Assembly (NCBI GenBank): GCA_964394425.1
Contig: CAYMXP010000002.1
Coordinates: 13,828 to 77,827 of the forward strand
Reading direction: 5' to 3'
Source of the DNA: an uncultured Chryseobacterium sp.
GTDB taxonomy: Bacteria > Bacteroidota > Bacteroidia > Flavobacteriales_F > PHOS-HE28
Length of the DNA stretch: 64,000 nt
The notes beneath the pieces are model-generated. The model did no database searches. It was not told the origin of the DNA and saw only the letters and a program-made list of their open reading frames with translations. How positions within the stretch are numbered: position 1 is the first letter of the stretch; each line of letters starts with the position of its first letter. This document shows, one piece after another, positions 54,992 to 64,000 of this stretch. The translations under genes and the position numbers were made by a program.

Positions 54992-57784
54992 ATGCATACC
55001 TCGAAGATCATGCTCCTGCCCGCGTCGATCCTGTGGGCAGCGGCCCATGCCCAACCCGGCGCGCTCGACCCCACCTTCGGCAGCGGTGGGAAAGTGCTGA
55101 CCGACATTGGCTACGGCAACGTCCGGTTCGACCCGGTGGTCGTGCAGCCAGATGGGCGCATCGTAAGCGCCGGCGGGACGGAGTACCTCTACTCCATATG
55201 GGGCTGTTTTACGTTGATGCGCCACAACATCGATGGAACCCTGGACAGTGGTTTTGGGAACGGGGGCATCGTGTCCACCAACCTCAACGCGGGCGATCCA
55301 GGGTGGAACAGCTATGTGGGCAACAACAGCAAAGTGACCGACCTGGCTCTGTTGCCCGATGGCCGCTTGCTCGCCGTGGGCAGGTCGTTCACGGTCGTCA
55401 GTGGCAGCGGGTGGAACCGACTGGCCATGGCGCGCTACCTCACGGATGGGAGCCTCGATCCCTCATTCGGCACGAATGGCTGGCTGGTGGACCTTGGTCT
55501 GAATTGCTTGGATGCATACGTTGCATTGATGGATGACGGTCGCTTCGTGGTGGCCGCCGCACATGGCTCTGGAGAGTTCCATGTGCTGCGCTACAACGCC
55601 GATGGCACGCCCGATGCCAGCTTCGACGGTGACGGGCACATCACCCATCAGGTGGGAACGGGAGGGAACACGGTCTGCGGAACGGGAATACTGGCGGATG
55701 GACGGATCGTCGTGGGTGGGAGTGTCTACAATGGCACCGATGATGATGCGTACCTGGTGCGGTTCGATGCCGATGGAGCCGTGGACAGCACATACAATGG
55801 GACCGGTGTGATCACTTCGGCTCCCGGGATCTACGAAGACCTGCTGAACGACATGATCGTGCATGATGATGGGACCGTGATCGCGGTCGGTTCCACCGTT
55901 CTCACAACATGGGTCACCCAGTGGTTCCTGCAACGTTACCTGCCCGACGGCACGCCCGACCCCGGCTTCGGGACCGGTGGGACGGTGATCCACGAGATCG
56001 GCCCCGATGGTGGCGATCTGCAAGCCGTGGCGGAGCGTTCGGACGGAGAGATCATCGTCACTGGATCTCGCGTTGTGGTCGGCGGGGGGAGTTCCGAACA
56101 GCTCTCGGCTGCCTTCACCGCCCAGGGAGTGCTGGACATCGCCTATGGCGCGGGGGGCTACTGCGTCTTCAACTTCGCACCGGATGTGCTGTATCCGGGC
56201 GGGATCGCCTTGGGCGTGAACGACCAGGCCGCGGTTGCCGGCTCGGTTTCCATCGATGGTATGAATTGGATCTACGAGGCGGGTGTGGTCAGCATCTCGT
56301 CGAACGGCACGCTTGATCCCGTGTTCAATGGAACCGGCTTTACCGTGCAGAACTCGGGGATCGGCGGCGACCTCGGGCACGCGGTGGCCAGGCAACCGGA
56401 TGGGAAACTCCTGGTCGCGAGCGAAACACAGATGGACGGAGCCACCCATGCAGTCGTGACCCGCTATCTCTCCGACGGGTCCATCGATCCAAGCTTCGGC
56501 ACCAATGGAAGCGCGCAACTGCCGTCAAACAGACCGCTCTGCATCGCCGTGCAGCCCGACGGCAAGATCCTGATCGGGATCGATTACATGTTCACCATTT
56601 ACCGCTTGAACGGCGACGGCACCATCGACCTTGGCTTCAATGGCCTGGGCTTTGTCACCATCATGGACTTCCTCGGAAGCAACAACATCGGTGCCGTGCG
56701 CGGCATCGCCGTGCAACCCGATGGCAAGGTCGTGGCCGCTGGTTTCGCGGGCATTGTTGGAATCGACAAGTCCTTCGCACTGGCCCGCTTCAACCCCGAT
56801 GGATCCCTGGACCCCGGATTCGGCGGGGATGGCAAGGTGGTCACGGATCTGATGTTCGGCCTTTGGGAGGAGATCGATGACATGGCCTTGATGCCCGATG
56901 GCCGGATCGTGGTGACCGGCTACGCCGAGACCGCCGAGGGATTCGTGGTCGCGCGGTATGAGCCCGACGGCGATCTCGATCCCACCTTCGGTGGCGGCGA
57001 TGGGATCATCAACCATACGGTCACGGGATATTGGACCCAGTCGAAGCGGATCGACTTGCGCACCGATGGACGGATCCTGCTGGCCGGCTACGCGCAGGAG
57101 GACTTGGATCCGTCCAACTTCGACATCGCCCTGATGCAGTTGCTTGCCAACGGGTCGCTCGATGCGAGCTTCGGCACGGGCGGCAAGGTGATCATGGACA
57201 TCGGTGCCACGATGCAGGAGATCACGGGCCTGGTGTTGCAGGCCGATGGCAAGGCCCTCGTGGCCGGCTACGCCATCTTCGGCGGCAATGACGACTTCGT
57301 GCTGCTGCGTTACGGCATCGACGGTCAACTGGACAATTCCTTCGGCACGGGCGGGGTGGTCACCACCGACTTCGGCCCCTACGCGGAGCGCGGCCACGAC
57401 CTGCTGATCCAGCCCGATGGCAAGGCCGTGGTGGTGGGGTTCGCTGTAACGCAGAGCGACCTCGACATCGCATTGGCCCGCTACGACTTGGGGACGATCA
57501 TCGGAGTGCCCGATCTGCCCGCACCCGCACCCGATCTGCAGGTGTGGCCTTCGCCACTCGCGCCATCCTCCGTGGCGTCCTACACGCTTGCCATGCCCGC
57601 ATCGGTCAACATGGGGCTCTTCGACGCGCAAGGCCGCCTCGCGCTCGAACTGCTTTCCGGCGAACGGATGCCGATGGGCACACACCGGATCTCCCTGGCC
57701 GGGGCACAGCGGCTGTCGCCCGGCCCCTACACGCTGGTCCTGCGCACCGCGGAGGGCGCCGCCAAGGTGATGTTGGTGCGTTGA
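54992..57784 (+). CDS. Delta-60-repeat beta-propeller protein with a T9SS C-terminal sorting domain (copy 1, 930 aa).
   Basis: Signal peptide 'MLLPASILWAAAHAQ'. About 14 repeats of ~60 aa, each starting 'G(S/T)LDP(S/T)FG(T/G)(N/G)G' (e.g. 'GALDPTFGSGGKV', 'GSLDPSFGTNG', 'GSIDPSFGTNG', 'GSLDASFGTGG'). T9SS-type tail 'PYTLVLRTAEGAAKVMLVR'. Confidence 0.8.
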   Translation: MHTSKIMLLPASILWAAAHAQPGALDPTFGSGGKVLTDIGYGNVRFDPVVVQPDGRIVSAGGTEYLYSIWGCFTLMRHNIDGTLDSGFGNGGIVSTNLNAGDPGWNSYVGNNSKVTDLALLPDGRLLAVGRSFTVVSGSGWNRLAMARYLTDGSLDPSFGTNGWLVDLGLNCLDAYVALMDDGRFVVAAAHGSGEFHVLRYNADGTPDASFDGDGHITHQVGTGGNTVCGTGILADGRIVVGGSVYNGTDDDAYLVRFDADGAVDSTYNGTGVITSAPGIYEDLLNDMIVHDDGTVIAVGSTVLTTWVTQWFLQRYLPDGTPDPGFGTGGTVIHEIGPDGGDLQAVAERSDGEIIVTGSRVVVGGGSSEQLSAAFTAQGVLDIAYGAGGYCVFNFAPDVLYPGGIALGVNDQAAVAGSVSIDGMNWIYEAGVVSISSNGTLDPVFNGTGFTVQNSGIGGDLGHAVARQPDGKLLVASETQMDGATHAVVTRYLSDGSIDPSFGTNGSAQLPSNRPLCIAVQPDGKILIGIDYMFTIYRLNGDGTIDLGFNGLGFVTIMDFLGSNNIGAVRGIAVQPDGKVVAAGFAGIVGIDKSFALARFNPDGSLDPGFGGDGKVVTDLMFGLWEEIDDMALMPDGRIVVTGYAETAEGFVVARYEPDGDLDPTFGGGDGIINHTVTGYWTQSKRIDLRTDGRILLAGYAQEDLDPSNFDIALMQLLANGSLDASFGTGGKVIMDIGATMQEITGLVLQADGKALVAGYAIFGGNDDFVLLRYGIDGQLDNSFGTGGVVTTDFGPYAERGHDLLIQPDGKAVVVGFAVTQSDLDIALARYDLGTIIGVPDLPAPAPDLQVWPSPLAPSSVASYTLAMPASVNMGLFDAQGRLALELLSGERMPMGTHRISLAGAQRLSPGPYTLVLRTAEGAAKVMLVR

Positions 57785-57829
57785 CGTGTTCGATGAGGGG
57801 CGGTACGCTGCGTGCGTCGCCGAAATCCA

Positions 57830-58423
57830 TCAGGGATGCATCACACGGAGGATCGGCGTTCCATCGGTGGCGTCGCGCACCAGGTAAAGGCCGGGCGGAG
57901 CGAGGTGGTACGCACCGTCCAGTTCCGCAGGGGTGCCATGCGCGAGCGATCGCCCTTGCGGATCGATCAGTACGAGCCCCGGCAGGCCCGGGGGCAGCAC
58001 CTCCGACAAGCGATCGGCGATCGCGACGCGTGATGCCGTCCGGAAGGAGGAAGGTGCCTCGTTCACGTGCGTGGTGGCATCCGTGCTGAACGCCGTGAGC
58101 GAGATCTCGGTGTGCTTGTTGAGGATGTTGAGCGTGTCGAAGGTGGCGGCGGAAAGCACGAAGAGCGTTTCGCCTGTAAGCGCCGTGGCGTGCAGGATGT
58201 CGTGTGTGTTGGTGACAGCGTCGTTGAATAGGAAATGCGTTGCGATCGTGCCGTCGGAACCATCGAAGCGGCTCACCTCGATGTCCTGCCCGATCGTTCC
58301 AGCAGTTCGATGCCCGAGACGCGCGGCATGCGGATGTCCAGGAAGACCACGGCCAGCGGCGGAATGCCGGATGAGCACAGAGATCCCATGGACGGACCTC
58401 GCAGGCCATTTCGAACATGACAT
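57830..58423 (-). pseudogene. Chimeric ORF at the duplication junction. The 5' ~35 codons derive from the LytTR-regulator gene and are fused in frame to the last ~165 codons (T9SS C-terminal domain) of the 61337-62857 gene.
   Basis: The ORF 'MSCSKWPARSVHGISVLIRHSAAGRGL…' continues as 'IGQDIEVSRFDGSDGTIATHFLFNDAVTNTHDILHATALTGETLFVLSAATFDTLNILNKHTEISLTAFSTDATTHVNEAPSSFRTASRVAIADRLSEVLPPGLPGLVLIDPQGRSLAHGTPAELDGAYHLAPPGLYLVRDATDGTPILRVMHP'. That stretch is ~95% identical to the C-terminus of the 506-aa protein. Confidence 0.6.
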
Positions 58424-58510
58424 GGGTCATGCGGTATCCAGCGAGCGGTTCATTATTTTTCATGCCCGTTCTTTTCCCGGCCTTCCAGTGTTGCACCAAC
58501 CAACGGAACA

Positions 58511-61291
58511 ATGCATACCTCGAAGATCATGCTCCTGCCCGCGTCGATCCTGTGGGCAGCGGCCCATGCCCAACCCGGCGCGCTCGACCCCACCTTCGGC
58601 AGCGGTGGCAAAGTGCTCACCGACATTGGCTACGGCAACGACTTTTTCGATCCGGTGGTCGTGCAGACCGATGGAAGGATCGTGAGCGCCGGCGGCACGG
58701 AAAACGCTTTGGGGGGGTGCTTCACCTTGATGCGTCACAACACGGACGGGAGCCTGGACAGCGGTTTTGGAGGGGATGGCATCGTGTCCACCAACGTCAA
58801 TGCGGGCGATCCGGGTTGGCACACCTATGTGGGCAATTACAGCCGCGCCACCGATCTGGCCCTGCTGCCCGACGGTCGCGTGCTGGCCGTGGGCCGGTCG
58901 TTCACGATGATCAGCGGGATCGGAGTGAACCGACTGGCCATGGCGCGCTACCTCCCCGATGGCAGCCTCGATCCCACCTTCGGAACGGACGGCTGGTCGG
59001 TGGATCTGGACGTGGCCATCCTCGATGCCTTCGTGGCAGTGATGGATGATGGCCGTTTTGTGATCGCCGCCGCACTTGGGTTCGGAGATTTCCACGTGCT
59101 GCGCTACAACGAGGACGGTACGCCGGACATGAGCTTCGCCGGCATCGGCCACATCACCCATCAGGTGGGAACGGGAGAGAACACGGTCCGCGGAACGGGA
59201 ATACTGGCGGATGGACGGATCGTCGTGGGTGGGAATGTCTTCAATGGCACCGATGATGATGCGTACCTGGTGCGGTTCGATGCCGATGGAGCCGTGGACA
59301 GCACATACAATGGGACCGGTGTGATCACTTCGGCTCCCGGGATCTACGATGACCTGCTGAACGACATGATCGTGCGTGACGATGGGACCGTGATCGTGGT
59401 GGGCACCACCGTTCCCACGCCGTGGACCCAGCAATGGTTGCTGCAACGGTATCTGCCCGATGGTTCACCGGACCCCACGTTCGCCGGCACCGGCACCCTG
59501 GTCCATGAGGTCACCGTGGATGGCGGCGACCTGCAGGCGGTCGTTGAGCGTTCCGATGGTGAACTCATCGTCGCGGGATCGCGCTATTGGGGAGGGAGTT
59601 CTGAAGCGGTGACGGCCGCGTTCACGGCTTCGGGAGCGTTCGATGCCGCTTATGGCGCCGGTGGCTACTGCGTCCCACCGTTCACGCCCGATGTGTTCTA
59701 CCCTGGTGCGATCGCACTGGGATCGAACGATCAGGTGGCGGTGGCGGGCGGTTTCTCGATCGACGGCATGATGAACGTCATCGCTGTTGGGGTGGTCAGC
59801 ATCACCACCGCTGGCCTGCTCGATCCGGCGTTCAATGGCACCGGCTTCACCGTGCAGAACTCGGGGATCGGCGGCGACCTCGGGCACGTGGTGGCCAGGC
59901 AACCGGATGGAAAACTCCTGGTCGCGAGCGAAACGCAGATGGGCAGCATGGTCCAGGTGATGGTGACCCGCTACCACGCCGACGGATCCATCGATCCGAC
60001 CTTCGGGGTCAACGGAACCGCGCAGGTGCCGGGCACAAGGCCGGCAAGCATCGCCCTACAGCCCAATGGCGGGATCCTGATCGGCGACGCGTTCATGTTC
60101 ACCCTTTCCCGCTTGAACAGCGACGGCACCATCGACCTTGGCTTCAATGGTCTGGGCGTCGTCACCATCATGGACTTCCTCGGTAGCAACAACTTCGGCG
60201 CCGTGCGCGGCATCGCCGTGCAGCCCGATGGCAAGATCGTGGCCGCAGGTTTCGCGGGCCTGGTCGGATCCGACAAGTCCTTCGCACTGGCCCGCTTCAA
60301 CCCCGATGGATCCCTGGACCCCGGATTCGGCGGGGATGGCAAGGTGGTCACGGATCTGATGTTCGGCCTTTGGGAGGAGATCGATGACATGGCCTTGATG
60401 CCCGATGGCCGGATCGTGGTGACCGGCTACGCCGAGACCGCCGAGGGATTCGTGGTCGCGCGGTATGAGCCCGACGGCGATCTCGATCCCACCTTCGGTG
60501 GCGGCGATGGGATCATCAACCATACGGTCACGGGATATTGGACCCAGTCGAAGCGGATCGACTTGCGCACCGATGGACGGATCCTGCTGGCCGGCTACGC
60601 GCAGGAGGACTTGGATCCGTCCAACTTCGACATCGCCCTGATGCAGTTGCTTGCCAACGGGTCGCTCGATGCGAGCTTCGGCACGGGCGGCAAGGTGATC
60701 ATGGACATCGGTGCCACGATGCAGGAGATCACGGGCCTGGTGTTGCAGGCCGATGGCAAGGCCCTCGCGGCGGGCTACGCCATTTTCGGCGGCGTGGACG
60801 CCTTCGTGCTGCTGCGTTATGACATCGCCGGGGCGTTGGACCCGGCCTTTGGCACGGGTGGGGTGGTCACCACCGACTTCGGTCCCTACGCGCAGCGCGG
60901 CCACGATCTGCTGATCCAACCCGATGACAAGGCGGTGGTGGTGGGTTTCGCGGTGACGCAGAGCGATCTCGACATCGCATTGGCCCGCTACGACCTGGGG
61001 ACGATCATCGGAGTGCCCGATCTCCCCGCACCCGCACCCGATCTGCAGGTGTGGCCTTCGCCACTCGCGCCATCCTCCGTGGCGTCCTACACGCTTGCCA
61101 TGCCCGCATCGGTCAACATGGGGCTCTTCGACGCGCAAGGCCGCCTCGCGCTCGAACTGCTTTCCGGCGAACGGATGCCGATGGGCACACACCGGATCTC
61201 CCTGGCCGGGGCACAGCGGCTGTCGCCCGGCCCCTACACGCTGGTCCTGCGCACCGCGGAGGGCGCCGCCAAGGTGATGTTGGTGCGTTGA
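58511..61291 (+). CDS. Delta-60-repeat beta-propeller protein with a T9SS C-terminal sorting domain (copy 2, 926 aa).
   Basis: The first ~40 aa and last ~330 aa are (near-)identical to copy 1; the central repeats have diverged. Confidence 0.8.
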   Translation: MHTSKIMLLPASILWAAAHAQPGALDPTFGSGGKVLTDIGYGNDFFDPVVVQTDGRIVSAGGTENALGGCFTLMRHNTDGSLDSGFGGDGIVSTNVNAGDPGWHTYVGNYSRATDLALLPDGRVLAVGRSFTMISGIGVNRLAMARYLPDGSLDPTFGTDGWSVDLDVAILDAFVAVMDDGRFVIAAALGFGDFHVLRYNEDGTPDMSFAGIGHITHQVGTGENTVRGTGILADGRIVVGGNVFNGTDDDAYLVRFDADGAVDSTYNGTGVITSAPGIYDDLLNDMIVRDDGTVIVVGTTVPTPWTQQWLLQRYLPDGSPDPTFAGTGTLVHEVTVDGGDLQAVVERSDGELIVAGSRYWGGSSEAVTAAFTASGAFDAAYGAGGYCVPPFTPDVFYPGAIALGSNDQVAVAGGFSIDGMMNVIAVGVVSITTAGLLDPAFNGTGFTVQNSGIGGDLGHVVARQPDGKLLVASETQMGSMVQVMVTRYHADGSIDPTFGVNGTAQVPGTRPASIALQPNGGILIGDAFMFTLSRLNSDGTIDLGFNGLGVVTIMDFLGSNNFGAVRGIAVQPDGKIVAAGFAGLVGSDKSFALARFNPDGSLDPGFGGDGKVVTDLMFGLWEEIDDMALMPDGRIVVTGYAETAEGFVVARYEPDGDLDPTFGGGDGIINHTVTGYWTQSKRIDLRTDGRILLAGYAQEDLDPSNFDIALMQLLANGSLDASFGTGGKVIMDIGATMQEITGLVLQADGKALAAGYAIFGGVDAFVLLRYDIAGALDPAFGTGGVVTTDFGPYAQRGHDLLIQPDDKAVVVGFAVTQSDLDIALARYDLGTIIGVPDLPAPAPDLQVWPSPLAPSSVASYTLAMPASVNMGLFDAQGRLALELLSGERMPMGTHRISLAGAQRLSPGPYTLVLRTAEGAAKVMLVR

Positions 61292-61336
61292 CGTGTTCGA
61301 TGAGGGGCGGTACGCTGCGTGCGTCGCCGAAATCCA

Positions 61337-62857
61337 TCAGGGATGCATCACACGGAGGATCGGCGTTCCATCGGTGGCGTCGCGCACCAGGTAAAGGCCG
61401 GGCGGAGCGAGGTGGTACGCACCGTCCAGTTCCGCAGGGGTGCCATGCGCGAGCGATCGCCCTTGCGGATCGATCAGTACGAGCCCCGGCAGGCCCGGGG
61501 GCAGCACCTCCGACAAGCGATCGGCGATCGCGACGCGTGATGCCGTCCGGAAGGAGGAAGGTGCCTCGTTCACGTGCGTGGTGGCATCCGTGCTGAACGC
61601 CGTGAGCGAGATCTCGGTGTGCTCGTTGAGGATGTTGAGCGTGTCGAAGGTGGCGGCGGAAAGCACGAAGAGCGTGTCGCCCGCGACGGCCGCGGCGTGC
61701 AGGATGTCATGCGTGTTGGTCACGGCGTCGTTGAAGAGGAAGTGCGTGGCGATCGTGCCGACGGATCCATCGAACCGGGTGACCTCGATATCCTGCCCGA
61801 TCGTGCTTCCGTCCTTGCGGCCATTCACCAGCACCGCGCCGTCCGGAGCGGCGATCAGCTGCATGCCGGGGTAGTACGAATAGATGTACGAGGTGTCTCC
61901 CCATTGCGGTTCGAGCGCATCATCGTAGCGGAACAGGAAGCGGTTGGTGGTGGCGATGTAGGCCGCGTGGTCCTTCACCAGCAGGTCGCCGAGCGTCGGT
62001 GTAATGGCGAGCGTGTCGATGTTCTCCGTCAGGAGCTGTCCGGTGATCACCGAGCGGAACGACAGGCGCAATTGGCCGGACCAGGTGGTGATGGCCGTGA
62101 GCAATGTGTCCTGCGTCCACGGTCTTGTGATCGCCGCGGCGTTCACCAGAAAGCCGGTGGTGTCCGTGAGGTAGGTGCTCCACGCCACGCTCAGGTCGCT
62201 GGTGTCGATCAACGCTTCCCACGGCACGGTGGTGAAGGCATCGGGGTGCTGCACCATGGCGTCTACCAACAAGCCATGGCCGGGGATGAAACTTGCGTGC
62301 AGTTCTTGCACGGGATGCGGCATCGGGATGCTTTGGGCCATGGCCACGCCTGCCGTGCGCTCGCAGGCCATCACATGGATGAATGCGCTGTCGTTGCGCT
62401 CGCCTGCGGCCACCACCCAGGCGTTCGGTGAGGAGCCACTACCTACGGGGGGTGTCAAATGATCCACCTCGAAGTCATGAAAGGCGTGCGACCAGTCCAG
62501 CATCGGCCCATCGAGGTCGAGGCCGAGGATGCGCAAGCCCTGTCCGCCGTTGATCACGCACTGGTAAGCCAGCAGCGCGCCATCATCAAGGAAGCATGTG
62601 CCGCCCTGGAAGAGCGCGGAGTCGAACTGGGCGAAGCTCCAGAGCAGGGAACCGTCCGTGGTGAGCAGGTCCAGCGCGGGAACGTGGTTGTAGCTGCGGC
62701 CCGCGAGCAAGCTGTCGTGGCGCAACGCGAGGCCCAGGCCCACATCGCCGAAGCCGTTCTGGTTACCGCTGTTCGCGTGGCGCATGGTCCAGAGCTGCTG
62801 CTGGGCGGCTATTGTGCTCAAGGACGCAAGGAGAACGATGGTAAGGAGGGTGCGCAT
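61337..62857 (-). CDS. Secreted hypothetical protein with a T9SS C-terminal sorting domain (506 aa).
   Basis: Signal peptide 'MRTLLTIVLLASLSTIAAQQ'. C-terminal tail identical to the chimera's. Start at the ATG at 62857. The 358 upstream codons of the ORF are a GC artefact. Confidence 0.65.
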   Translation of the reverse strand: MRTLLTIVLLASLSTIAAQQQLWTMRHANSGNQNGFGDVGLGLALRHDSLLAGRSYNHVPALDLLTTDGSLLWSFAQFDSALFQGGTCFLDDGALLAYQCVINGGQGLRILGLDLDGPMLDWSHAFHDFEVDHLTPPVGSGSSPNAWVVAAGERNDSAFIHVMACERTAGVAMAQSIPMPHPVQELHASFIPGHGLLVDAMVQHPDAFTTVPWEALIDTSDLSVAWSTYLTDTTGFLVNAAAITRPWTQDTLLTAITTWSGQLRLSFRSVITGQLLTENIDTLAITPTLGDLLVKDHAAYIATTNRFLFRYDDALEPQWGDTSYIYSYYPGMQLIAAPDGAVLVNGRKDGSTIGQDIEVTRFDGSVGTIATHFLFNDAVTNTHDILHAAAVAGDTLFVLSAATFDTLNILNEHTEISLTAFSTDATTHVNEAPSSFRTASRVAIADRLSEVLPPGLPGLVLIDPQGRSLAHGTPAELDGAYHLAPPGLYLVRDATDGTPILRVMHP

Positions 62858-63052
62858 CTGCTTGTGCGGAGTGGATGACGGGAACGGGTTGCTGTGCGGC
62901 GCATGTCCGGGTCGTGCGATCAATGGATCACAACCCCAGAGGGAAGTTGCGCCCCCTTTCGCCAGCCCATACCTTCGGCTAAGGTATCGGCACGGCGGTG
63001 CCTGAAGTGATGCGGAAAGGGCGCCGCCACCATGCCGCAAGAACGATCCGCC

Positions 63053-63988
63053 ATGAGAACACGACCGCTCCCCATCGCCGCCTTGGCCATCGCCTGTGCT
63101 GCGAACGGCCAGGTGGCCTACGACTTTCCGGATGCCGTGCCGCCGATGGGCACCTATTCGATCGACTTCCACCAATCGACCGGTGCGGTGGGCACGATCC
63201 CCGACGCTCCGCCGTGGGATCTTTCCGCGATCGCGATGGATCCGGGCACGCCCTCGTCCTATCAATGGCTGCCACCTTCGACCTCGCCCGATGCCGGTTC
63301 TTTTCCCACGGCCACCCACCGGTTGCTCGACAACTTCAACGAAATGGATGAGTTCATGATCGTTGGGTCGGATGGCATCACGCTGCTGGGTGGCGTGTAC
63401 AGCGGGCTGCCGCCCACGGTGCTCATCGACCCGTTCGGGTTCCGCGTGTTCCCGAGCATGGTGGGTGCGACCTACACGGACACCCTGATCGCCCCGCCGG
63501 CCGACACCAGCGTATGGAACCATGAGCCCACGGGACTGGGCACGTTGATCACGGCCTGGGGCACCTTCACCGACGTGGTGCGGGTGGAGCGCACGCGCAC
63601 CATCGGCACCACCACCTATCCGGACCACGTGTTCTGGTATTCGACCACGAACCTGCTCGAACCGCTGGCCTATCTGTCCGTCAACTGGGATGTGCTTGTC
63701 ATCCTTCACCCCACGGGCTTCACCGGCATCGGGGAGCGCGACGATGAACATGCGTTGAAGGCGTATCCCAATCCGACACGTGACCAGGTCATCATCGAAT
63801 GGAACGGAGAACATCTGCGTTCGATCGCGCTGCGAGATGCCACGGGGCGCTGTGTGCTCGAGCGGCCATGGATGAACGGTGCTCGACAGGAGTTCGATCT
63901 GCCTGCGGATCTGGCGCCCGGCAATTACCACCTGAGCTTGACGACGGATCGGATGGTGATCCAGCGGCCGCTGGTCGTCGTGCGTTGA
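63053..63988 (+). CDS. Secreted hypothetical protein with a T9SS C-terminal sorting domain (Por_Secre_tail).
   Basis: Signal peptide 'MRTRPLPIAALAIACAANGQ'. Tail 'KAYPNPTRDQVIIEWNGEHLRSIALRDATGRCVLERPWMNGARQEFDLPADLAPGNYHLSLTTDRMVIQRPLVVVR' matches the canonical T9SS pattern (YPNPT…D..GR.V……L..G.Y). Confidence 0.65.
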   Translation: MRTRPLPIAALAIACAANGQVAYDFPDAVPPMGTYSIDFHQSTGAVGTIPDAPPWDLSAIAMDPGTPSSYQWLPPSTSPDAGSFPTATHRLLDNFNEMDEFMIVGSDGITLLGGVYSGLPPTVLIDPFGFRVFPSMVGATYTDTLIAPPADTSVWNHEPTGLGTLITAWGTFTDVVRVERTRTIGTTTYPDHVFWYSTTNLLEPLAYLSVNWDVLVILHPTGFTGIGERDDEHALKAYPNPTRDQVIIEWNGEHLRSIALRDATGRCVLERPWMNGARQEFDLPADLAPGNYHLSLTTDRMVIQRPLVVVR

Positions 63989-64000
63989 ACCGCCCGGGAC

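Overview
This is a 64-kb, high-GC (~65-70%) chromosomal window, probably from a member of Bacteroidota. The phylum call rests on at least six proteins ending in T9SS C-terminal sorting domains, the lack of Shine-Dalgarno context, and a fused E1 alpha/beta dehydrogenase. Gene density is high, with many 4-bp ATGA stop/start overlaps between adjacent genes.

The main blocks are:
- Two surface-glycan gene sets. One is Wzx/Wzy-type (DegT aminotransferase, Wzy_C-family membrane protein, two GT4 glycosyltransferases, Wzx-like flippase; 0.4-7.0 kb). The other is ABC-transporter-dependent (GT4, GT2-GT4 dual-domain glycosyltransferase, GT4, GT11 alpha-1,2-fucosyltransferase, SAM-dependent methyltransferase, Wzt with a long C-terminal extension, Wzm; 17-24.9 kb).
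- An NfeD-SPFH (stomatin-like) pair.
- A 1365-aa membrane-anchored beta-solenoid protein of unknown function.
- Housekeeping genes: ridA, surE, lpxB, a SpoIID-like gene, an RlmI-like methyltransferase, comEC, nth, fused 2-oxoacid dehydrogenase E1 alpha/beta, a diacylglycerol-kinase-like lipid kinase, and an LTA-synthase-like sulfatase.
- Secreted peptidases: an M14 carboxypeptidase and an M1 aminopeptidase.
- Several T9SS cargo proteins: a CotH-like protein, two delta-60-repeat propeller proteins, and two further proteins of unknown function.
- Two toxin-antitoxin modules (AbiEi/AbiEii and HicAB). HicAB sits in a lower-GC ~3-kb islet together with a DUF1697 gene frameshifted at a homopolymer.

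The most notable structural features are two heptanucleotide simple-sequence repeats (one inside the DegT coding sequence, one immediately upstream of the SPFH start codon). A recent 3.5-kb tandem duplication spans 54.8-61.8 kb; it duplicated the delta-60 gene and created a chimeric ORF fusing the 5' end of a LytTR regulator-like gene to the 3' end of a T9SS cargo gene. No rRNA, tRNA or CRISPR array was found. Many long ORFs antisense to real genes are high-GC artefacts.
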